From assembly GCA_009103225.1 (NCBI GenBank), contig RHPI01002048.1, positions 1,203,906 to 1,267,905 of the forward strand: a DNA stretch of 64,000 nt, in the 5' to 3' direction. The notes beneath the pieces are model-generated. The model did no database searches and was not told the origin of the DNA. It saw nothing but the letters and a program-made list of their open reading frames with translations. This stretch comes from Chlorokybus atmophyticus (lineage: Eukaryota; Plantae; Mesostigma and Chlorokybus algae). The position numbers and the translations under genes are program-made. Shown in pieces: positions 51,562 through 61,144 of the stretch (position 1 is its first letter; every line of letters begins with the position of its first letter).

Positions 51562-53029
51562 TGTTGAGATTTGGACACTAATGATCATGCATGGAGTTGG
51601 TGCAAGCACAAGCACACACACTCTACCAGAGCATACACACAAGGCTGATCCAAAAAAGGCGTTCCAAGGATTACACCAAAGTCACACCACGGGCTTTTAT
51701 ACCCGCCAGTTCTGCACCTGTCTACTCTAGAAGTCACCACGACTTTAACACTCAACAGATTCCTGCGCTCTAAGTTGCACCACGTAGCTACTCTCAAGAG
51801 CTTTTCAACAAGCTATAACACGCGCCATACAATGATGTAACCACAAAGCTACAACGTTTCTTCTATAGCGCCTGGAAGTCTCCAGTCTCCAGACTCGAAT
51901 CCGCGCCTGGAACGTTCTCGACTGAAGTCCTCGCCTGGACCTTTCTCGACCGGCACCTTTTCGCGCCTGAATCTTCTCGCGGCTATTCTTATCCACAGGG
52001 CAAGCTGACCGGATACAAGAATATCCTCAACACTCCCATGCGGGCAGCTTGGCCTTTAACACCTCTAAATGCCAACTCCTTGCGTACTCATGCGCGACGA
52101 ACTCCCACGCTATCCTTTGCTCTTTCAACCATCTTGAAGACACTTCCCGCACCTCTCATAAGTGCCTCCTTGAAGCTTTTCACTTGCACACCCTTGTTGC
52201 AACTCTCATGGTCGTTTGCATGTGTCCCCACGTGCTCACTCTTGGCAACGTCCTGCACAACACCACCACTATACTGCTCCTTCTTGTCCTTGCTGATGCC
52301 AATGCTTGCTTCAGCTCCCACGGGCACCGGGACTGCATCTTCAGTCTTCTTGACACCTTCAGCAACCTCCACACGTGGAATCACTCCACCACTCGCATGT
52401 GACGCGCTCACCATCACTTGAGCTCCCGCTCCCTTTTCAGTAACAGGCACAATATGCGCCTTCTTCTTCATCTTCTTCACATCTGGTGCTAACTTGGACA
52501 CCTCCACCTTGGTCTTCTTGTGCATCTCCGCACCCTTGACCTCCTCGATGATGTAGAGCCCTCCAACATTGATGCCAACCAATTCTGCGATACCACGCAG
52601 CACTACCCTTCCTATGTCCCCACTAAACACTGTCACAGCACCAACTCTCGCCGCGATGCGCATAGAGAATAGGCTAGCCTCTAGTCCTAGGACATGTAGC
52701 ACCTCTCTCAACAACACTTGCCTCGTCTTTCCTCCAACCTGGGATAGGATCTTCGCTTCTCCTACACTAACTACGAGCACCTCCGTCTTGCCAATCTTCA
52801 CCTTGATTGGCTTCTCTAAGACCTTGTACTTTGCCTTCTCACGATCACTCGTCATATGCCTCGTGCAACTCGAGTCCAGCACCCAACTAGCTGCCTCACC
52901 ATCCGTTGTTGCATGAAAGGCGATAGGCGTCTCTTGAACACGTCCCGTCATGGCATGATGCTTCTCTCCACCACGCTCCTCTTCGTGCTGCTTCCTCATT
53001 GAGCACTGCACCCTGATGTGGCCCTTCTT
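51562..53029 (-). mobile_element. Internally deleted Copia D: 3' LTR 51562-52032 plus gag-end/protease/pre-integrase ORF fused to the pol terminus; truncated by the CACTA terminus
   Basis: WVLDSSCTRHMTSD protease motif and GGLY pre-integrase motif in ORF 52088-53032; no integrase or RT; PPT before the LTR. Confidence 0.8.
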
Positions 53030-53074
53030 CACCGGTCATTTTGAGACCCCCGCATGGAGATTCATGGCAAACGC

Positions 53075-53645
53075 ACTGAATATTCGTATGATTTACCTTT
53101 CAGCTTTTTATCGAGTGAATAATCAAGTGTTTTCGTACATTCTGTGCGAGTGAATCATCAAGACATTTCGTACATTCTGTGGTGCCAAAACGAAATTGCG
53201 ACATTCACATATAAATCGCGTAAATATCTACACAATAAATCAATGCCACCTGTACAAACCCATATACCTTGTATATTCAGTTGAAATCGATTGAATGTTC
53301 AAGGGCATGCAATTGTGAATGGACACAGCATGTGCTCTGCTAAATATTCAGCTATACATTGCCTGAACATTCATGAAGGGGCATAAGCTTGTGGCTATAA
53401 CAGACAGCTTAAACTCACCAAGTCCCAACTGCTCGTGAATAATCAATTGATCAGCTTGTCACACATGTATATTCATAACCTTCATCAGTTTCATGCCACA
53501 GATGTGAGTGAACATTCAACACCAATCTAAAACTACGCAATACGATTCACACTAAGTTCTAGCTTTGAGTGAATTTCCAACACCATTCTAAAACCAAGCA
53601 ATACGATTTGCACTAACTCCTAGCTGTGAGTGAATATTCAACCCC
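53075..53645. repeat. Subterminal repeated motif ~GTGAATWWTCAA, as typical of CACTA ends
   Basis: Copies near 53113, 53147, 53432, 53505, 53568, 53626, plus degenerate ones. Confidence 0.6.
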
Positions 53646-53851
53646 ACACGAATAAACATATACTCTCATTTTGGCTAAGTCCCGAATGTGATTGAAAACC
53701 AAGTAGATTGCACTGCTAATTCTAATATACAGTCCAATATATGTTAAAGCCAGAGTTGCTCAGCAATTCTACACAGCTGGTTTGAGTGGATGGTGGGGGA
53801 CAGCTCTGATATGGACTACAGCATTGCTATGCGACACACCACCTGCTACTA

Positions 53852-54975
53852 CTAGCTCAACTCATGTCTTTGCTGTGCTAACATACTGTCCATGAGTGTT
53901 CGCAATCGTCTTCTCAACCTGTCTGCCACTTGAGGATGAAACCAACTCCTTTGCATCTGCACACAACCACACAGCAATAACATGTGGTTACTAAGCACGT
54001 GTCGGCCTACACGACAGTGCCACTGAAGCACCTTCCACTTGTAAACATTGCAGTGCACATGCATGAACTGTACATGTTGAAATATCCATATGTTTGGGTC
54101 AATTTGACCAGCTTGTACCCCATCTACAAACTTGTCAAGATAAAGCATGACAAACAACCCGCACGCAACTCCATCCTTCTGCTGAGGGACCTGCACAAAC
54201 ATGTGTCAATGCTTGCAAACCAAATGCATGTGCATGCATCCAATCAGTGCTTGTGACAGAATGCATGCAAACTCATCACTAGTGCAATGCAACGTGTGCT
54301 ACCTGTGGTACAAGAAGCTGTACGTTTTCGGGAGAGAAGTGTCGTTGTGAGTCACTTCCATGCTTTCTGCCCCATATGTAGTTAAGGTAAGCGCGCATAG
54401 GTCCATCAACGTTGCGATGCAGGCCAAGGGAGTCGAGATGGACGAGTAAAGGCGGCGTGTCACTTCCAAGTTGGCCTCCAGGATTGCACACAAGCAGCAG
54501 ACTCCAGTGAGTCCTGTGTACACAATCAAATAATTCCAGTTTGCAAATACAGCAGCAATTCAGCAAGATATTCTTGGCGCTTATTCTCACCGCTTGTCTG
54601 GGTGACAATTACTCCCCGCAAGTCTTTGGCAAATGATCACTCTCCCACCTGTCTATCCTATGATTGATCGTGTGCCAGTCATTTTGTCTATGGCAGCGCA
54701 CGATCCTGGTGTAGATATGCGGGTGGAACAGCTTCACCTGAATGCCATCTGCTCTGCCTAAGATTTCCTCTTCCTTGTATCTGCATGTGCATCCCACGTA
54801 CATATGAGATACACTAATAACACAAACGCAACAAATCGTATACCTGCAAAAGAAGTGGAGGATGGTGTCATTGAGCTCTTGTCTGCCATCTAGTAACCTC
54901 CTGTCCGTTTCAAGCACTGGCACCGCATCACGTGCACTTGCACTAGGGTAAATGAACAGTGGTTGCGGTGTTGAC
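53852..54975 (-). pseudogene. Ulp1/C48 SUMO-protease domain (ULP2/SENP6-like), spliced
   Basis: LFIYP..LNDTILHFF; HWSLLLVCNPG (His); LVHLDSL (Asp); VPQQKDGVACGLFV (Gln, Cys); WF.P..RRRLR terminus. Confidence 0.88.
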
Positions 54976-55319
54976 GGCTGCGGGTTGCTGACTGGATCGT
55001 CCAGCACCATGATATCATCATCACTGCCCGAGGTCCACAACTGCCGCAGCCGTCGTGGGTTGCTAATTACAACCCTCTTCGTCTTCATTGTCAACTTCCA
55101 TCTTGACTGCCTCTGCAGCCATAAATGGTTCAATTGGGTAAGAACCACAACACAAATCAACAAGCTCAAGCACACAGCAGCTTACCAGTGTTAGCCTCAT
55201 CCCCACTCTCTTCAACGTGTTGAACCCCACTCTGCACATGTTGTGAAACCCTACCGCAACTGCCCAGTCGAGAACGACGAGCAAGGCTCTCCCTTGGGAG
55301 CTGCGCTGGAGCACCACCT

Positions 55320-55720
55320 TCTTCGTACGCAGCGCATCGCGAGCACGTAACCTCAACCATGCTACCCACAGCGTGCCGTCGACAGAGGCTGTTTGGACAC
55401 GTCGCGCAGACTTGAAAAGCTGCTTCGTTGCAGTTCTTCACATGGCACCTGTGTTTTGGTTCAGTACAAGTGATGATGGTTCTAGGAGTGAAGTTCCTCA
55501 CAACAAGATGCCAAGCATTTGCTGCAATGAAGTCCACTTACTCATGCCTTGGGCACTCCCGATATTCATCCTCCGCAGGTGGCATAGAGACACAGTGCGC
55601 GTGGTAGCTTTTTCAGCAACCTTCCACATCGCAGCCAGATATGGTGCCCCCATCCTTGCAGACAAAGCAGTAGTCTTCATGTTCCCGATGTTCCAACGCA
55701 TCCAGCTCCAGTCTCGGTCT
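55320..55720 (-). pseudogene. NSD-type PHD-C5HCH tandem zinc-finger module (intron 55449-55541)
   Basis: Manual splice: EDYCFVCKDGGTISGCDVEGC*KSYHAHCVSMPPAEDEYRECPRH E|CHVKNCNEAAFQVCATCPNSLCRRH; one TGA at 55613-55615. Confidence 0.8.
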
Positions 55721-55834
55721 CATCCTGTGAACAAAGGTTCAGTGGCCAGGTCTACAGTCTCACAGTAGGGATATGAGGCATCACAATCGCAAACAGTACC
55801 TCTTGTACTTAAAATGCCAGTCGCGGCGTGTGGT

Positions 55835-58800
55835 CTATGACACCTTGCTCGAGGCGCTATTGGTTTCGCTTCGGGCACCCTGCACCAAGTACACAAGATG
55901 GTTGTATGTGATGCTAAAACCCAGGATATATGAGGACATCCAGATTCTAATGGACAACGTTGTCAACTCTCCTCTTACCGAAGTTTCCCGGTGCATGCCT
56001 CGACGCATGAGACTGCGCCTGTCTTTAACAAGCGCTACTACTGTTACTTTGTTGTCATGGGGATCAATTCCCTCAAACCACTGGCCCTTGACCTGCCAGC
56101 AAGAAGGGATATTCATCAGCCATTTTCATACTACTATTTCAATTTACTATCATCACACCAAGCACACGCCAAAACGATTGCAACACAGCCACTTACCAGG
56201 TTGCAATCAAGGTAGGTTTGTTGTGCAAAGCAGGGCTTGTCTTTTCTTAGGATTGCAAATCCTCCACTGTGCTAGACTTGGTTGCTCATGTACCACCTAG
56301 CTCTGAGCAGCTGGTGCTCCCAACCAGCTATCACCACAACATCAAAAGATTGCACCCTGCCATACCAATGGGTCTTCTTGGTTGGGTCATCTGAGTCACG
56401 CCCAACGGTAAACACGCCACAGTCCATGGTGTGGAGTTTCTTCTCCATTTCCTCTACTCTGAACTGACCGATGTCCTTGTAGCGTGCTCTGAAATATCGC
56501 TTGATGTACTTTGGAAAGATTGGACCGCTCAACAGCTCTATCTCGTGCTTTGTAAGCTCCCTAGCAGGTCCACGCCAGTGATGCAGCTTAGTCATATGCT
56601 CCATGTCCTTTGCCACGACATGTCCTTGTTTTGAGCCCTTTCCCTTGCCATCCTGCGTTTGTTCACCTCCCGACTGAACTCTCTGTGTAGCAGCAACCCA
56701 TAAATAAGTCATATTGTGTGCGCGTTGGACATCACGTAAAAAACAGCAACTCCCAAAGCAACTTACTCTTTTAACAGCCTGTATTCATCATCATTTTCAG
56801 CCAACCACCACTCGAGCTCCTGCCTTGTCTTACTATCTTTATCCCCAACCTCAATACGGTGTCTCCGTCCGCAGAGCACATAGTCGTCATCATCTCGTTG
56901 CTTGCCCGATCGCAAACTGATGTCGGAGAAATGTCACTTTAAGGTGTCCATGTAAGTGTTCAGCATGAGCTGGATAGAGTATCTGCAGATGCAACTGGCA
57001 CTTGAACAAGGCAAACAATGTGGAAAGTTTGCACGTAACTCTCAGTGGGCTCACACAAAACTTGCCTTTTGCAGATGCTTGCTTCCACATGCTGCCTTGC
57101 AAATATCATGCGCTTCACCCACTGCATAAAGCGTTCATGTGCCCACTCCCAGTGGTCACGCGTCGGACCAAGCCACATGCACTGCTCTGGTAGATGGCCA
57201 AGGAGGTGCAGCATCATTGTGAGAGAAGTCCGCGAGCCTCATGCACGTGCACCTGCACTAAGTAATAAGCTATGCATGCCATAGGAGCTGGGCATGCAGA
57301 GTAAAGTGTTATTAAAGCCAACCTTCAATTCTTCGAGGTGTGACTGCTTTACTTCCAATGCAGTCAGCCGTTGATAGATGTCGCATAGTTTGAAGATGGT
57401 TCTCTTCTGATCTTCTCCAATGTCGTGTGCAGAGCGCAGCACGTACTGAAAAACGACCGACCATAAGTTGTGCTTGTCGTGCAATTTCATCGAGCCTGCA
57501 TGCTCCATGTAAAAAGTTCCATGCATGGAGAATCATTGCTTTAGCGTAAACACAAAACGTATAACGGCTATCTCACCTAAATGCTTTGTGAAAGACTGCA
57601 GTTTCGAGCCGAAAGTGCTTGAAACCCTCACGCCGGAGAGCAATTGCTCAACCAGTCCTACATCTGTGATTGTCCATGGAGCCTGGGGTTTCACCTTGAC
57701 TGCGATTTCCTTTCCATCCTTCATCTTCATCGCTGTCTGCAGCACATAGGTTCAAGTCCTTAGTTAAATCCAACTATGGCACATGTCAACAAGGCCGACT
57801 ACATACGTACCTCTAGCCAAAGTTTAGGCATGCGGCCTTGCTGCTACAGATCTTCTCGTAACTCGATGCTGTCGCACAAGCCAGCTAGGAGATTTGCAAA
57901 GTTGGTTGCCGGGTTGGCAAAAATGTGCATAGGGCCAACCACATGACCTTTGACAGATTTTTGTAGCGGTAGCCAATATGGAAGGTCGCGATAACAGCTC
58001 AGTCCAAGGATGCCGGAGGACTTTGAAGGATGTTTCTTGGAGTGCAGTGGACGCTTGCTGTTGCGAGATGTCATAGCATACCTGATCACATGGCACCCAT
58101 TGCTGACATACCTATGTTCTGCAACCGAATGCGCAATCAACTGAGATTGCTCACCTGTACACGCTCTCTGCAGTCCGCATGGGTGGTGGAGGTCTGTATT
58201 CTGGTTGCGTCCAACGCTCATCAACTCTGTAAGGATGGTCATCCGGTAGGTACCGGCAGTGGCCTTGATAGATCACCTTTTTGAAAAGTTCCACATGTTC
58301 TCCACTGCACTCGCACTTTGAACAGCCAAAGATGGCTCCATGCGCCATCTGCAAGGCAGCTTTTGATGGAGCTGCGCAACCAACATGATGTAGTTCAGTA
58401 GCCACAACCATGGTTGCAAGGACAGTCTGATATACAGATACAGTCAGACACTGATAACAGTAAGTGCAAGCACTGCTGCTGCTTGCGTATCTGGGTAATC
58501 ATGGATTACAATCTCCAGAATAGATCTGCAACGAAAAACTGCGTCGCGGTGGCTGTCATATATGTCTATACCTACAACAAATGCCAGCAGATTACATGCC
58601 TCAGTCATGCGCATTTATCAAGCATGACTTCAGTTATGGAAGCTGCTTATCCTAGCTGCGTTGAAACCATACCTTCCAAGAGATCTCCCAACTGGTCAAT
58701 CATTGGCTTGAGATAAAGCCTGTAGATTCTCTGGCTGTTTGGGTCCAGGGATTACAGCAGCTAGAAATGTAGTGTCTGTCTTGTGCATCTTGGCAATGGG

Positions 58801-60900
58801 CAGGTTCAACACTGAGATTGTGACAACCCAAAACTCATAGTTCCCTGCAAGTCAACAAACCCTTTGCTGCCATTCGTACAGTTACACTGCAACGAGCATA
58901 CAGGAAAAAAAAAGCTCTTTTATACCTTTGTGCGGATCTTTGAACGGGCTCATCCCGTCGATGAACATCGCTAGGCGCACATTGCGTGGTTCTTTGGCAA
59001 ACCGGCTGTAGCGTTGTTCAGTGTCCTTGAACATTGGCGAATCTGACAGCAGCAAGTACACCAAGGGCTTACGACCAACTGCCCCAGCCCCACAGCACAT
59101 TTAAACATGCATATAATCGCAAGGCTGGATACTGAGGTCTTACAAACCGCCCCAGCACCTCGCCGACACACAAACAAACACAGGCAAGGACACCGAGGTC
59201 TTACATGCCGCCTCAGCGCCACGCCAACACACAAACAAACATAGGCAAGGACACCGAGGTCTTACATGCCGCCTCAGCGCCACGCACACAAAAGCACAAG
59301 GCACGGACACTGAGGGCTTACATTGGACTGCCCCAGCCGCTCACCAACACAATTATGCACACAGTCGTGCCTCATTTACCACTGAACTTGGCAATGTTAC
59401 CGTGTATAGATCGCATAATCCCATCCTGACTTCGATTTGTGTACGCCATCATCTCCGCAGCAACACTAGGTTCTAGGTACAGAGCCCTCAGCGCAGCAGG
59501 CACGTAAAAGTAACGCCCAATCTTCCATGCAACTTGTTTACCTCCTATGTTGCGGTAGCGAGGGGCCTTGCAGACTGCATAAGCAAGTCGTATGCTGATG
59601 GTACATGCTAATTAAATCCCATTGTAGTGAACATTTGCAACAATTGCTCACCTTTGCAAAGTATCCTGTTGGCATGTCGGCCACAATACAATATGTGATC
59701 ACAGCGACAGGCATCGTATGTGTGGAAGCCCATGTTGAGGCCTTCAAGGCATTTCAATAGCTCATGCGTGCTGCCTGGCATCTTATTCACCTTAGGCAAG
59801 AGGATGCCACGCAACAACCGGCACACAGTTCTGAACAGGCTGATGTTTCAGCAGTCAGCAGTATTATTTGCCCACCAACCTGAGCAATTTATTCATGAAA
59901 TTGAAGGGTATTCGATGTAGCTGCGGCAGAACCAATAGCAGCATGGAAATGCCTAGAGGGGTTGTACGAGAGCCGAAAACAACAGGGTTGCTTGCATTAT
60001 CCAGCAACGCAGCATTCACCTTGTCAAGTAGCATGGCATCATCAACGCATTTAGCCTCGTCCGGCTGCGATTCCACATCGGTTTCATAGTCTTGGTCTTC
60101 ACCGGCAACATCACCTTGCTCCGCATCACCTTGCCCCGAATTGACTTGCTCAGCAGTGGAGGTGCAGTGCACTGGTGTCTCAGGCTCTACTTGTCCATCT
60201 GTGGATTTGGTTCTGGCACCTTAATGCTCCTGCAATGTAGCATTCTCAATTCCACAAAATGCTGGGTGAGATTCGCGTTGTTCTCCATAAGCACATTGTC
60301 TTTCATGAGCACACGGATTACAACCTGCCAGCTGCAATGAGTCTAGTGGCACATGAACAATGAGAGGCACATGAACAATGAGAGGCACAGCATCAGCAAT
60401 GTCAACATGCCACGCAAGTCAGGTCGTACCTGCTGGTTGCAAGTTTGCTGCAACATTGAAAGGAGATTCAACACTCGGTTGCGACGGCGTGCCTGTGTCA
60501 ACATGTTCAGTAGCGTCGTTCCCAACTAGCTTGATTGTTCGGTGTCATGGAGAGCTTCACCTGGGGCAGGCCAGATTAATGATCAGACAGCCTGTTGTAT
60601 AGATTCACAGCTGTAGAGAAGTTGCTCTTGTACCTGACGACATGTGTAAGGATGCAGCAGCAACAGCAGCATCAACTTCTTCAAGTTCATGGGGTTGTAG
60701 TCGATCACGGTATTCAGGAGCAACAGCTTCTGGAGTGCCACACCACATGTTTTTGCCAAAGTTTTCATAATATTTAGCCCTTTAATTGTGGTTGTGTGTG
60801 AACACTTTGCTCCCTTTGCAGTCACGGCAAAAACACCTGCGAAAGTAGCTCAGCTGCTACTAACATCAAAAGCAGTCAGCCAACATACTGCAAGCAACTT
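55835..60900 (-). pseudogene. Multi-exon CACTA (Tnp2/En-Spm) transposase: transposase-associated Cys motif, Transposase_21, DUF4218- and DUF4216-like regions
   Basis: CFCRDCK (~60830); HTYDACRCDHILY; IHDSPMFK..FAKEPRNVRLAMFIDGMSPF; VLNLP..IPGPKQP; CSKC..YQGHCRYLPDDHPYR; WEWAHERFMQWVK..VEASI; WYGRVQSF..LLRARWY. Confidence 0.88.
59115..59335. repeat. ~58-bp minisatellite (~4 copies) within transposase intron 59043-59400
   Basis: Repeated cacaaacaaacacaggcaaggacaccgaggtcttacatgccgcctcagcgccacgc. Confidence 0.85.
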
Positions 60901-60997
60901 CCAATCAACTTCCATACAGCCAAAGCAAAGACCTGCAGGCACGCTGCCGCCGCTGACACCGCCGCCGTCGCCGCCGTCGTGACTGCCTACCGTAAAC

Positions 60998-61005
60998 TAG
61001 GGTTT
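60998..61005 (-). promoter_or_regulatory. Telo-box-like motif (AAACCCTA) in the short divergent intergenic region
   Basis: TAGGGTTT on the plus strand between the two divergent genes; an 8-mer can arise by chance. Confidence 0.3.
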
Positions 61006-61144
61006 AGGAGACATCCAATCCCGATTCAAAACAAGCTGGAAAGTCAATCCGGATATGCTCCACAGTTTGCGTACGTGCTCCTTTGCTTCTTCCGTCCAGT
61101 GCATTAGCTTCTAGGGTTGGTGTGCCAGGTAGCGTGGCGCCAGC

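Noticed and set aside
55835-56116. Second Tudor-like domain (CWQVKGQWFEG..)
   Set aside because: After splicing it follows the DUF4216-like region and fits the CACTA transposase C-terminal pattern (QVFY..DP....VV); the hydrophobic tail of this ORF is a stop-free intron
59115-59335. CRISPR-like array (also the ggcaag repeats at 20160-20450 and the 347-bp units)
   Set aside because: Tandem units without unique spacers, eukaryotic context, no cas genes
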